Source of the DNA: an uncultured Methanoregulaceae archaeon
GTDB taxonomy: Archaea > Halobacteriota > Methanomicrobia > Methanomicrobiales > Methanospirillaceae
DNA length: 64,000 bases
Direction: 5' to 3'
Assembly (NCBI GenBank): GCA_963701095.1
Contig: OY969564.1
Span: forward strand, 1,504,001 to 1,568,000
The translations under genes were made by a program, and so were the position numbers. Each line of letters starts with the position of its first letter. Position 1 is the first letter of the stretch. The notes under the pieces are model-generated. The model worked only from the letters and a program-made list of their open reading frames with translations, was not told the DNA's origin and ran no database searches. Of the stretch, positions 32,581-44,168 are shown in pieces.

Positions 32581-33690
32581 GAAAGATCGCAACCGGCAAC
32601 AAAGCGATCGCCGAAGCGGTCAAACAGGCATTGCCTGCCGTCGTAGCAGCCTACCCGATCACGCCTCAGACCGAAATTGTCGAAACTATTGCAGACTATG
32701 TCACAAGCGGCCAGATGAAGAGTCGTTACATCCCGGTCGAAAGTGAACATTCAGCAATGGCTGCCTGTATCGGGGCGGGCATTACGGGCGTACGGACATT
32801 TACCGCGACAAGTGCACATGGTCTTCTCTACATGCACGAGATGACCAACTGGGCCGCTGGAGCGCGTCTACCAATAGTGATGGCAAACGTGAACCGGTCG
32901 CTTGGACCCGGCTGGAACATCTGGGCCGAACATACCGATTCGATGCAGGAACGGGACACGGGCTGGCTCCAGGTATATGTCTCCACCGTGCAGGAAGCGT
33001 ATGATACAACCCTGATGGCATTCCGGATTGCTGAACACAACGATGTCCTGCTGCCGGTAATGGTCAACCTCGACGGGTTTTCCCTTTCTCACATAATGCA
33101 ACCGCTGGATACGGTCGAACCGGGAGATTTTATCCCACCACTTCATCTTCCTCACGCAATTGATACCAACAATCCAGCCGGGTATGGCGGCCTTACCGGA
33201 CCCGACCAGCATTTCCGGTTCAGATGGGAAATCGAACGATCGATGCGCGACTCGGTGAAAGTAATAGCGGCAACCGAGAAGGATTTTGCAGACCGATTCG
33301 GTCGCAGCTATGGTCCGACGGAGGAATACTTGTGCGAAGATGCCGATATTATCCTCATCGCTATGGGCACATTCGGGAAAGAAGTCTGAGGTAGCCATCG
33401 ACATCCTCCGGAAAGAGGGTATAAAGGCTGGGTCAATGCGACTGCGCTGGTTCCGGCCGTTCCCGAAACTTGACCTTGCCGGAAAAGAAATCGTCGTAAT
33501 CGACCGGGACTATTCCTTTGGGTTTGGCGGGATTCTTGCCCACGAGATTATGGCCCAGAACCGGTGCGAAGTATACAGTGTTATCGCTGGCCTTGGCGGG
33601 CAGGAAGTGACCTACGATGACTTAGCTGAGTTTGTCCGAAAGCGTCGCATGGGAAAAGAATTCTGGTTCGGGGTGACCGGGCATGTTTGA
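32577..33690 (+). CDS. porA: 2-oxoacid:ferredoxin oxidoreductase alpha subunit (extra base at 33385)
   Basis: YPITPQT, ESEHSA and FRPFP; removing T33385 joins the two ORFs (GKEAEVAID). Confidence 0.88.
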
Positions 33691-34210
33691 AATCAGAATC
33701 CATTCCCGGGGCGGCCAAGGTGGTGTTACCGCAGCCCGGCTCCTCGCAACAGCCGCGCTTCACGACGGCAAATACGCAACTGCCTGCCCCTTCTATGGTG
33801 CAGAACGCCGAGGTGCGCCTGTCGTTTCTTTTGTCCGGATCGATGATCGCCCTATCCGGGTCTACAGCCAGATCAGAAACCCTGACCTCGTCGTGGTACT
33901 TGACGCAAGCGTCATGGAAACCGTTGATGTCCTGAACGGTTTAAAAAAAGGAGGCCGGGTACTCGTTAACAGCGCACACAACCAGGAATTTGCAGGGTTT
34001 GCAACATTCAACGTCGATCTGACCGGGATTGCCCTAAGAGAGAAACTGGTGGTTGCCGGAAGCCCGATCCTGAATACACCGGTTCTTGGGGCTCTTGCAA
34101 AAATGGGAGTTATCTCGGCCGAGTCGGCAAAAGAGGCGATCCGGGGGATGTTTGCCGATGAACGTAACGTCAATGCGGCCGACGCGGCCTATAAGGAGAT
34201 GAGTATATGA
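33683..34210 (+). CDS. porC: 2-oxoacid:ferredoxin oxidoreductase gamma subunit
   Basis: EIRIHSRGGQG and YGAERRGAPV. Confidence 0.9.
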   Translation: MFEIRIHSRGGQGGVTAARLLATAALHDGKYATACPFYGAERRGAPVVSFVRIDDRPIRVYSQIRNPDLVVVLDASVMETVDVLNGLKKGGRVLVNSAHNQEFAGFATFNVDLTGIALREKLVVAGSPILNTPVLGALAKMGVISAESAKEAIRGMFADERNVNAADAAYKEMSI

Positions 34211-34467
34211 GCAGCAGTACAAAACGCGAGTGTCTGGCTATAAGCCGGCCGATAGAAGGAGCTGCCGGGCAGACCGGGTCGTGGCGGGTATTCCGGCCCG
34301 TCGTCGACAAAGAGAAATGTAACGCGTGCGGGTTCTGTTCGATGTACTGCCCGGACTGTGCGATCGATGAAGAACTCCTTGTTGACCTTAGGTTCTGTAA
34401 GGGTTGTGGCATCTGTGCGAACGAATGCCCAAAAAAGGCCATTACTATGGTGCGGGAGGAAAAATAA
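34207..34467 (+). CDS. porD: 2-oxoacid:ferredoxin oxidoreductase delta subunit (2x4Fe-4S)
   Basis: TGSWRVFRP and two CxxCxxCxxxCP motifs. Confidence 0.9.
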   Translation: MSSSTKRECLAISRPIEGAAGQTGSWRVFRPVVDKEKCNACGFCSMYCPDCAIDEELLVDLRFCKGCGICANECPKKAITMVREEK

Positions 34468-34642
34468 TCTAGCTGTAAAATTTATTTTTTTAGAGACACC
34501 ATAGTCTGAACGCCTAACAGAGGGTTTTTGCACGCCATGAGAAGTGCCTTTTGTCGGCGAAGGATGCAATCTTCAGGTGGAGATGCAATTCGCAACCTTT
34601 TTTATGCTCAGCTCTAATATACCGAAACAGGGGTTTATTTCT

Positions 34643-35368
34643 TTGAACAGCAGGAGTTTTGGGGATACAAGGGATCTATTCAAGTTCGATCTGGTACGGC
34701 ATATTATGAAATCTCTACCTGAACTTGCGGGGTTTACCTTTGTCCCGATGCTGACCGGAACTGAGGGGAAAGGGCACCGAAAAAATGCAGGAACGCAGAA
34801 CCTAGACAAGGCTTATCGTTCAGGAAAAGCCGGAAGCCAGAACCAGGATCTCCGGGAACACTTAACACGGCTTCAGGAAATCGATAACGATCTTGAGTAT
34901 ATCAATGGCGTCTCCACGTATTTCGAAAATGAAACGATCCTGATTGATATCCCTGGTAAGCAACGGTTCACAAACCATGATCGCGACACCTATTTTAGAT
35001 CGGTATTTAATAAATTCCCCAAAAATTCGCTTATTTTTGTTGATCCGGATACCGGCCTTAAGACAGATAGCCCGGATAATAAACACCTGCTTTATTCCGA
35101 AATAAAAGCAGTCTTAAACCGGATGGACAGCGGTTCGATTCTCATGATCTATCAGCATTTTCCCAAAGGGAACCATGAAGACTTTATCAGGACTACAGCA
35201 GGGGAGCTCGAAAAGTGGACCAACGTATATCCTGCCATTATTACCGATGCAGAAGTTGTCTTTTTTATCCTTACAAAAAACCAAAAACTCGCAGTCCACC
35301 TTAATGATGTCATTGAATGCTACGCAGATACCTATCCGGCTCTCCAGTGCATGAACTCAGAGGGATAA
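34643..35368 (+). CDS. Hypothetical protein, possible Rossmann/methyltransferase-like fold
   Basis: 241 aa from a TTG start; FGDTRDLFKFDL, LIFVDPDTGL and IYQH. Confidence 0.7.
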   Translation: MNSRSFGDTRDLFKFDLVRHIMKSLPELAGFTFVPMLTGTEGKGHRKNAGTQNLDKAYRSGKAGSQNQDLREHLTRLQEIDNDLEYINGVSTYFENETILIDIPGKQRFTNHDRDTYFRSVFNKFPKNSLIFVDPDTGLKTDSPDNKHLLYSEIKAVLNRMDSGSILMIYQHFPKGNHEDFIRTTAGELEKWTNVYPAIITDAEVVFFILTKNQKLAVHLNDVIECYADTYPALQCMNSEG

Positions 35369-35378
35369 AACCATGTTT

Positions 35379-35780
35379 CTAGGGACAGAATGAATGTTCC
35401 AAGACAACATCAGCCGGCTTGCTATCCGATGTATCCTTTGCCATATATTCGAAATTGAACCGATACAGGTGAGTGAAACGGCAGTTCCGGCATCGTACTG
35501 TGATAGTACGGCAACTGACGGTGATATCATGAGGCCCGTCAACCCCACAGTTTCTGCACACTGCCGGTGCCGCTAGAGACCAGACCGGCCAGGGTCCCGG
35601 TTTTGTAAACACACTTTCTATATCCACATCCTCGTTAAGGGGTATGAACACCCGGGTAGCCCCGCAATTCCTGCAGGTGACATCAGTCCGGTTGGGCATA
35701 ACATGAATATGTTGATCAGCAGGTTGCCGGCAGTGGTAACAATCGGTGTGATAATTTGCGCTGATGAACTTACCATCCAT
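35379..35780 (-). CDS. Protein with two duplicated Zn-ribbon units
   Basis: CYHC..H..CRNC repeated as CRNC..H..CRNC. Confidence 0.7.
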   Translation of the reverse strand: MDGKFISANYHTDCYHCRQPADQHIHVMPNRTDVTCRNCGATRVFIPLNEDVDIESVFTKPGPWPVWSLAAPAVCRNCGVDGPHDITVSCRTITVRCRNCRFTHLYRFNFEYMAKDTSDSKPADVVLEHSFCP

Positions 35781-35979
35781 GAGGGAGTGTTGTAGATCCG
35801 GGGCATCATTAACCTGTCGCAATAGGAAAATGTCCGGAAAGGCGGTATCATGAATAACGATTGTTTCACGTCAGGAGCGAAATATATTCCATGATTCAGG
35901 TTCTATTTTGAATTTGCGCAGGATTTAGCCGTGAAAAATGGTAAGTTTCTTTATTATAGACGATTTACGTGTACACCGT

Positions 35980-36543
35980 ATGAAACTGCTCATGGGATTT
36001 ATTATCCTTCTTGTTGCACTGGTGGCAATCACCGGGTGCACCCAACCTGCATCGACTTCTGCACAGAACACAACCACTGCCCCGATTACTGAAATAACAA
36101 CAGTAGCAACACCTGTTGCAACCACAGTCGCTACCACGGTACCAGTTACAACTTTAGCAATAGTTGCAAATGTAACTGCCCCGGTTGTAAATGTTACTAC
36201 TGCAGCAACAATGGCACCTGTAAATGTTACCCCCACGTTAACTCCTGCGTCCGGTGTTACCACCATTCATATCACCAGTACCGGGTTTACGCCCCAGACA
36301 GATATTGTCCTCCCGGGCACAGGTGTATCCTTTGTAAACAGTGACAATGTTTCTCTATCGATTATGACTATAGGAAATAACACTGGCGTATTCAACTCCG
36401 GTCAGATAATTCCGAAAAGTGCATTCCAGTATACGTTCAGCCAGAATGCTGGTACATATGTTTACCAATTATCGAACAACGCAAATGTTAATGGAACGAT
36501 CATTGTAACGTCCCCATCAAACGCTAACCATTCATCATCCTAA
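35980..36543 (+). CDS. Lipoprotein: Thr-rich linker plus cupredoxin-like domain
   Basis: Lipobox ITGC, T/V/A-rich stalk, F.P...V..GT.V.FVN.D, FNSG and GTYVY...GTIIV. Confidence 0.8.
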   Translation: MKLLMGFIILLVALVAITGCTQPASTSAQNTTTAPITEITTVATPVATTVATTVPVTTLAIVANVTAPVVNVTTAATMAPVNVTPTLTPASGVTTIHITSTGFTPQTDIVLPGTGVSFVNSDNVSLSIMTIGNNTGVFNSGQIIPKSAFQYTFSQNAGTYVYQLSNNANVNGTIIVTSPSNANHSSS

Positions 36544-36774
36544 CCCCTCTCTTTTTTAGTTTAACAATCTGTAACAATTATGTTACGGCGTGTTATTGTA
36601 AACGCCGAAGATCTTTTCTCAGTGGATTGATACCGGGAAATCAAAACAAGGCATCCCGTCCTTTACTTCCATGTGTAAACTACGCGTAAGTTGCTTAACC
36701 AATTTGTAATTCCCCACTAGGATAATAAAAATCGGTGAGTGAAATGAGTAAAAAAGTTAAAAATTTTGAGGGGA

Positions 36775-38428
36775 TTAGTAGTCGCCCATGCCGGGCATTC
36801 CGCCCATGCCACCCATGCCCGGGGGCATGCCGCCGGCACCGGTGCGGGCCGGGGGACTTCGAGGAGGCTATAACATCATCAATGCGGAGGATCATGATCG
36901 CCGCTTCTGCTGCTGATGAGATCGCCTGTGTCTTGACACGGAGCGGCTCAACAACGCCGGCTGCTTTCATATCGACAGCTTTTCCTTCGAACACGTTGAG
37001 ACCGTAATTTTTCTTGCCCTTCTCATGGGTAGAACGAATCTCTACAAGCATATCGATAGGATCGAGACCTGCATTCTCTGCAAGGGTCCGCGGGATGATC
37101 TCGAGTGCAACTGCAAAGGCCTCGATAGCGAGCTGTTCCTTGCCACCGACTGTTGCCGCGTACTCGCGGAGACGGAGTGAAAGCTCGGTCTCGGGTGCAC
37201 CGCCGCCGGCGACTACCTTCTTGTCCTCGACTACGACACCGACAACACGGAGTGCGTCGTGGATGGCGCGCTCAAGCTCGTCGACGACGTGCTCAGTGCC
37301 GCCCTTGACAATGATGGAGACCGCCTTTGGGTTCTTGCACTGCTCGACAAAGGTCATCGCTTCTCCGGATACCTTGCGCTCTTCGACAAGACCGGCATGG
37401 CCGATTTCTTCCTTGCTGATCGCGTCAATACTGGAAACAAGGCTGCCCCCGGTTGCCCGGGCAAGCTTCTCCATGTCGCTCTTCTTGACACGGCGGACGG
37501 CAAAGATACCGGCCTTTGCAAGGTAGTGTTGGGCGATGTCATCAATACCCTTCTGGCAGAAGAGGACGTTTGCGCCGCTTGCAACTATCTTCTCGACGAT
37601 ATTCTTGACCATGCGTTCCTCTTCGTCGAGGAATGCCTGTAACTGGTCGGGGTGGGTGATGTTGATTTCGGCGTCGACTTCGGTCTTCTTGAACTCGACT
37701 GCTGCGTTAAGAAGAAGTATCTTTGCGTTGGTTACCTTCTTTGGCATTGCCGGGTGAACACGCTCCTTGTCGACGAGAACACCTTCAACAATCTCTGAAT
37801 CCTCAATGCTGCCGCCGGTTTTCTTCTCAACCTTGATGTTATCGATATCGACGGTACCGTCAGCATCAGTAACCATGGTAACAGCCCTGACAACGAGGTC
37901 ACAAAGCTTATCCTTACTTGCCTCTGCACCCTTGCCGGTCATCGCAGTGCCTGCGATGTTCTTTAAAAGTGCTTTATCGGTTGACTTTACGTCGAACGCA
38001 ATGTCCTGGAGAAGCGCCTGTGCCTTCTCTGCTGCCATGCGGTAACCGTGAGCGATAACCGTCGGGTGGACATCCTGTTCGAGAAGTGACTCAGCCTTCT
38101 TTAAAAGTTCTCCACCGATAACGACAGCGGTGGTTGTTCCGTCGCCGACCTCATCATCCTGGGTCTTTGCAACCTCGACCATCATCTTAGCGGCCGGGTG
38201 CTCGATGTCCATTTCCTTTAAGATGGTGACGCCATCGTTTGTAATCACAACATCGCCGATGGTATCAACAAGCATCTTGTCCATACCTTTGGGGCCGAGT
38301 GTGGTCCTGACTGCGCTGGCAACTGCCATCGCAGCGGTAATGTTCATACCCTGGGCATCACGGCCCCGGGTACGGTTGGTACCTTCCTTAAGAATGAGAA
38401 TTGGTTGTCCTCCAAGTTGTTGCGACAT
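36775..38428 (-). CDS. thsA: Thermosome (group II chaperonin) subunit; frameshift in the GGM tail at ~36838
   Basis: [16 protein letters not shown] and ILRIDD; shifted frame gives [23 protein letters not shown]. Confidence 0.96.
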
Positions 38429-39185
38429 AAAATTATCACCACTTTTAGCACTAAAATTGGTTTGTGGGTCTATATAAAATTTACCTGTGTTGGTTCTGGT
38501 GTGGCACTGTCGAAAGACTGTTCTACCTTCGTGCGCTCTCCCTGAATATTCCGTTCATGCTTCCAAGGATATTGTTGTTCGGCCTCGTTTCAAAGTCATT
38601 CAGGCGCACATGTGAATTTTGTATTCAGGCAAACCCGGATTATCCGCCTTGATTGCCTCAGGGTAAGCCGGTAGTTCATCCAGGAGAATCCCTTGTCAAC
38701 AACAGATCTCTAACCACGCTCTCTCTTCTTTTCCCTGTCAGCTTTTTCCGGTTCAGGTATCCTTAAAAATGAAAACGAAAGATGTTTTTTAAAACACATA
38801 CAAAAATCATCGGGGTGATACTGAACAAATGATTGTAGCATGTCCACATCTTTTACGTCGTATGGATATATTCGTGCAAGCTCTGATCTGGACAGACAAA
38901 AATCGGACTCTTTAGAAACGGACATGAATGGACGTTCCATACAAACCATGAAAATCGAATACCAAAACGTTGTTTTGATGATATCTGGTAAACATATTTG
39001 ATTTTCGTGAGACACAAATATCTTAAATGGTTGTACCGATATCCCAAAGAGTGAGGGGTGGCGTTTCCTTACCTTTTATGCAAAATCAAACGGTGAGAAC
39101 ACACAATAATGTCAGAAATTCTCGAAATCACCCTGGAACATAAAAAAGATTACTTTTTTTCCATTAATAAGGTAATAATCGTGGT

Positions 39186-40140
39186 TCACGAATCGGAGTT
39201 ATATGGATCGAATCCGACATCGCCGATCAAATCGAGCAGCTCGGAACTGTCACGGATATGGTGCAGCCGGTCCTCACCGATGAGAAGGGTACGCCCAATC
39301 TTCTTTTCATGATGATAATCGGTGATAATACACATCGCGTGCTTCTTTGCAATCTTTGAAAGGTTACTGATAAGGGCAGCGCGTTTGATAACCTTCTGCG
39401 CCGGGCCATACCCCGTCATAATGGTATGCTTATCGAATGTGAGGAGCGCCTGGAACGGTGCGCCCCGGAGCATGTGGAGCTGCATCCCTCAGCTGTTCGA
39501 GGAATTCGATGGGAACACCCGGGCCGACTTTTCTCTTTTGTCCCTCATGTCCCGGTTCTGCAGGTTCGCGGCGAACGATATCGATAGATTCGACAACCCC
39601 GGTATTGAAATACTCCTCGATCCGGATGGCGACTTCGAGCGTAGTGCCCATACCACTTTCGTACTTGCTGATCGTGCGACGAGATACACCGAGAATATGG
39701 CCCAGATCGCCAAGCGACATATTCTGACGCTCACGGAGTTCTCGTATGACATCACCATTAATGTTAACGTACAGACCACCGGGAGATGCGTAAACCAGGG
39801 GAGGAATTTTCTCCACAAAATAATCGTACAATGTTGCGACGCTGATAGCGTAGATGCCGTACCTAACATAGACTGCACCCCGTTCGAGCTCCGCTTCACG
39901 TGCGCGTTCGCCAACAATAAGAGGTACGCCTCCTAGGTGCTGGGCGATAACGTCAAGATCAAATGCCGCTTCCTCGCTCACAGAATCAATATGTATAACG
40001 ACCTTGATTACAAGCAGTGTCCCGTTATTGCGTGCTATGAGATCAAAACTCCTCGGGCGGAGGGTAAACTTCTCCGATACCTCAAATCCCGCTGAAATCA
40101 TCACGCTGGTAACCAGCTGGAGTTGGCGTTCCTGAGACAT
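39186..40140 (-). CDS. Archaeal HTH transcriptional regulator (COG1395/MJ1164-like); extra base at ~39489
   Basis: SFDLIAR, GGLYVNI and Cro-type HTH SLGDLGHILGVSRRTISKYE; C-terminal APFQAL in the second frame; divergent from tiaS. Confidence 0.85.
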
Positions 40141-40183
40141 GCAGTTACAAATGGATGGAGCGTACCCATATATTAATATAGAT

Positions 40184-41410
40184 ATGCTGATCGGCGTCGA
40201 TGACACGGACTCCCCCAAAGGCATGTGCACCACGTATCTTGGTGCCGTACTCGCACGGCGGTTGATCCATAACCATATGCGGGTCCGGGAGGCACGACTC
40301 GTCCGGCTCAACCCGAATGTGACTTTCAAGACCCGGGGAAACGCAGCGATTGCCCTCGATGTGGAGGGAGATCCTGAACAGGCTTTTTCACTTGCCTGTG
40401 ACATCGTCGAGGAGCTTGCCGATTTTTCCTGCGAGAATACCAATCCCGGTGTTGTAGTGACAGAGACGCATCTTGATCCGGCCTTCTACCGGCAGGCAGT
40501 GACAGATTTCTGCGAGATCGATGAGGCTGTGAATCTGCTTGAAACTGCCGGGGCTCGGTTCCGGGGCTGGAAGAACTGGCGCGGACTTATTGGTGCAACA
40601 GCAGCCGTCGCAAGTTTGTTTCATGATACAACTTATGAAATCCTCACATATCGTGATCCTTCACGAGGGGGTATAAAGCGTGAAGTAGACCGGGAGAGCC
40701 TCTTTGCAGCAGAAGACTCGACGTATCCGCATACATGGGATACGGTCGATTTTGCAAACCAGGTAGTGGTGTGCGTGCCACACACGCCGGACCCGGTCCT
40801 CTTTGGGATCCGGGGCGAGAGCCCTTCCTGGATAATGATAGCCCGATCCCTGATTGTATCAGAAAAACCTGTAATTGAACAGATCTGGGTTACCAACCAG
40901 GGAACCGACGCCCACCTTCTTCCCGGGACCTGCGGATCCCTCCGTGAAGGACGTTCGTACCGGGTACAGGGGATTGTTACCATCCCCCCAAAAACCACCA
41001 TCGGAGGTCATGTTTCGTTTTCGATCTGTGACAATTCTACAGAAACCCGGTGCATGGCTTATGAACCGACAAAAAAATTCCGGAATATCGTGCGGGAACT
41101 GGTTCCTGGCGACCGTATTGTGGCTGTCGGGAGTTACAAGAAAGAAAGTGTTAATTTGGAAAAGATCTGCCTGGTTTCTCTTGCACGTGACATCCACGTA
41201 AAAGCACCGGTTTGTTCCATATGCAGCAGCCGCATGACAAGCGCCGGGAAAGATAAAGGATTCAAGTGCCGGAAATGCGGGGCACGTTCAAAGGACGCAG
41301 AAGTGACAGAAATTCCCCGAACAATTTGTGCGGGATGGTATGAAGTTCCGCCCACTGCGAGAAGGCATCTCGCAAAACCGCTGTGCAGAGGATTCCCGGA
41401 TACCCCGTAG
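40184..41410 (+). CDS. tiaS: tRNA(Ile2) agmatinylcytidine synthase
   Basis: IGVDDTDS..GMCTTY, RLNPN..KTRGN, TNQGTDAH, AYEPTK, Zn ribbon and RRHLAKP. Confidence 0.96.
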   Translation: MLIGVDDTDSPKGMCTTYLGAVLARRLIHNHMRVREARLVRLNPNVTFKTRGNAAIALDVEGDPEQAFSLACDIVEELADFSCENTNPGVVVTETHLDPAFYRQAVTDFCEIDEAVNLLETAGARFRGWKNWRGLIGATAAVASLFHDTTYEILTYRDPSRGGIKREVDRESLFAAEDSTYPHTWDTVDFANQVVVCVPHTPDPVLFGIRGESPSWIMIARSLIVSEKPVIEQIWVTNQGTDAHLLPGTCGSLREGRSYRVQGIVTIPPKTTIGGHVSFSICDNSTETRCMAYEPTKKFRNIVRELVPGDRIVAVGSYKKESVNLEKICLVSLARDIHVKAPVCSICSSRMTSAGKDKGFKCRKCGARSKDAEVTEIPRTICAGWYEVPPTARRHLAKPLCRGFPDTP

Positions 41411-41426
41411 TTTTTTCCGGGGCATT

Positions 41427-43463
41427 TTACGATCGAAACTGGCTCGATTCCACAATTGCGATTTCTGCTACTGAAAGCCCGTATATCCCATATACCAACG
41501 AATCGATCTGTTTATTGGTCGAGTCAATCTCCCGCCCAATCAGCTGTTTCTCCCGTTCTGTCGTTGCATGACTAAGATGCTGGTGAAGATCGAGCATTTC
41601 TGTTACCAGCTTTTCCAGCCGGTCATGCCGGGTCCGGTCGGTGGCATTATCAAGATCCGGCGTATAGACCGGGAACTGCCCGATGATCTCCCCGGGATGC
41701 TCATCGCCAGACTCGCTTTTAGCGAGATGTGCAAACACGAACGCAGCAAGCCTGCTGTTGAGGAGACCAAGAAGGAACCGGCTCCGGAGGGGATAATGCC
41801 AAAATGGTTTCCAGTTGCTTTCGGGCTCCTTCCCAGGGTAAAACAGGGCGGGAAAGACTCAAGTAAAAAAATAATCCGGGGTTTCTCCTCCTGTTCCATA
41901 TCCTGGCCAGTTGCATGACGATATAGGATCCCACCAAGTACAGATATCTCAAGAGGGGTTCCCTCTCGGGAAATTTTTTCAAAGAGTCTATCCTTACGGG
42001 TATCGCTGAAACGCCAGCCTCCCCCTGACAACTCCTGCTGATTCACCGGAAATGCTGAATCCGCGTCCCCGTAGTCCACCATAAACGGATGAGTAGGATA
42101 TGCGTTCGTGATCCTAAGAAAACATGAGGTCTCTCCCTTGTAGCTGGAGAACCGTATTTCTTCGATCTGCTGTTTAAGCAGCAGAGAACGTAGTGGAACA
42201 CCGGCCTTTGTGTTGAGCCACCAGGTGCAGGTCACAAAACAGGCTACGCCCCCAGGGCGCAAGAGCCTACACGCTTTTTCAATAAAAAATGCCGAAACCT
42301 TTGCTCCTGAATTATAGACACTATAATGCTGCTGGAAGTACTGCTGGAGCCATTCACGCACTGGGACCAGATTTTCAGGGGGACTGCATAAAACAACGTC
42401 AAAACCGCCAGGTGCAAGAATTTCAAAAAAATTCTCCTTCAAATCGAACATTTGAATTGTATGACGTTCATGTGCCGGGCAGAACGCCCATGATTCGTCA
42501 TCTGCGATCTCCGGGCTTATAAGGGCATTCCCGCATCGGATAGTACTCGAAAGGGTATGGAGCAGGTCACCAAATATTTCAAAAAAACCACCTTGAAGTG
42601 CCGTGGTATTATCATTTCCATAAACTGCAAACGCAAGCAGTATCCGGGAAACCGCCGCCGCATAGGGATCGATGTCTAGGCCAAAAAGTGTATGTTCAAG
42701 AAGGTCTTTTCGCTCCACAAACGTCCATCGGGTCTGATTTTTCCCACTGACGAGTCTATGGTACGCCCGAAGCAACAGGGAACCGGCACCGCACGCAGGA
42801 TCAAGAATGCGTAATGGGAGAGGGTCCTCATCAGACCGATTTACAAGAGCGGCGGCTAGTGTGCTCGATACTGCATAATCCAGAAAAACTGGATTTGGGA
42901 TAAAACAGACAGACTCTTTCCTGCCGATCAACAACTACTGCCTGATGGGCAGCAGACCGTCGTATCGTCCGGCTGAGGTACTGGTCGAACACACTTGCAA
43001 TCTCTTCAAGGGAAATCCGGGAAAAATGATAGGGTCGGTCTGCAGAAGCGAGCCTGGTGGCAATATTCCTGATTATCTTTTCGTCTATTACAGGATGTGT
43101 CTCCAAGACAGGTTTGTTGCGATGAGATATTCCTTTATCTTCATCGATCCCTGCCCAGAGATCTATCATGCCGGTAAAAAATTCTCCAAGTCTGACTTCG
43201 CTACTCTCTGCACTGGCGACCTGTAAAAGGGTACCAGGGGAGACGAGGCTACGATCTTCTGCCAGTGCGAGGATACAGAACCGAAACAGGATGCGGTATG
43301 TAGTAAGCGCAATCTCGTTACTCCTCAACCCGATATTGTTTCTGGCGATGGTCCTTGCGAGCTGTTCGCGCCATGAACAGAGATCTGAGAGCAGGATCGT
43401 CCCGGCACCATAATCTGAGGGTGTGTTCATCTCATTGTCAGGACCAGGATCAGGCCTTGGCAT
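41427..43463 (-). CDS. Degenerate Type IIG (Eco57I-like) N6-adenine methyltransferase-like protein; frameshifts at ~42913 and ~41785
   Basis: ILDPACGAGSLL, LFGLDID, IRCGNAL and GGFDVVLCSPPE (NPPY position); C-terminal IDSLVYGIYGL. Confidence 0.75.
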
Positions 43464-43610
43464 GATATACTACTCTACGCGAATGGGAGAATAAGGTGTT
43501 GAACAATAGATTATGTGCTTTTGGCACTTTGTTTCCTTGTGAATGATTTCAATAAAAAAAGACATTTTAATCACGGCCTGCACCTACAGACACTATATGA
43601 GGTCGCTTTC

Positions 43611-44168
43611 ATGAAACACCAGAACACTGTACCGACAAGCGGAACGGTCACGTTTAAGTCGGTAGGCCAGATCTATGATACTGAAGATCCCTCACCGGAA
43701 GAGAACCGCGATCTCTCTGACAGGGCAGAGGACAGGATTTTTCACACGGTACTTGATGTCCCCAAAGGAGTCCGGGCTGCACTTTGTGACGATTTGGTCA
43801 TCATGGTTCCGGCACAGGAACTGACATCAGAACGCAATAATGCCATTATTTCAGCAGTACGATCCCACTTCCGGCGCAGAGCTGACGAGATGCAGGGCGC
43901 CATGAAAATTACCCAGCGAGTCGGCGTACGTGAATTCCGATTGACGATCGCCGTATGCATTCCCGCATTTATCGGCATTGCTATCTGTTCACAGTTCCAT
44001 GGGAATCCTCTCACAGAAGTGATCGAGAATGTTCTGGTTATCATAAGCTGGGTGACCATCTGGCAACCCTTTCAGGTGCTTGTGTTCGATCGTTGGACCG
44101 CAAAAGAGACCGCCGCAGTGTATCGGAAAATTGCTGATATGTCAATAAGTGTTCGTTCATCAGCATGA
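43611..44168 (+). CDS. Hypothetical membrane protein
   Basis: YDTEDPSP..RDL N-terminus; two C-terminal hydrophobic helices with WVTIWQP. Confidence 0.75.
   Translation: MKHQNTVPTSGTVTFKSVGQIYDTEDPSPEENRDLSDRAEDRIFHTVLDVPKGVRAALCDDLVIMVPAQELTSERNNAIISAVRSHFRRRADEMQGAMKITQRVGVREFRLTIAVCIPAFIGIAICSQFHGNPLTEVIENVLVIISWVTIWQPFQVLVFDRWTAKETAAVYRKIADMSISVRSSA

Noticed and set aside
36571..36607. Hairpins GTAACA/TGTTAC and CGGCGT/ACGCCG as an ncRNA
   Set aside because: Short stems between convergent genes, adequately explained as a termination region or chance
36778..36850. GC-rich short tandem repeats (GCCCATGCC) as a repeat element
   Set aside because: They encode the standard Gly-Gly-Met chaperonin tail
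38710..39015. 101-aa minus-strand ORF in the thermosome-regulator gap
   Set aside because: AT-rich, no recognisable motif or clear start; cannot be supported without a homology search
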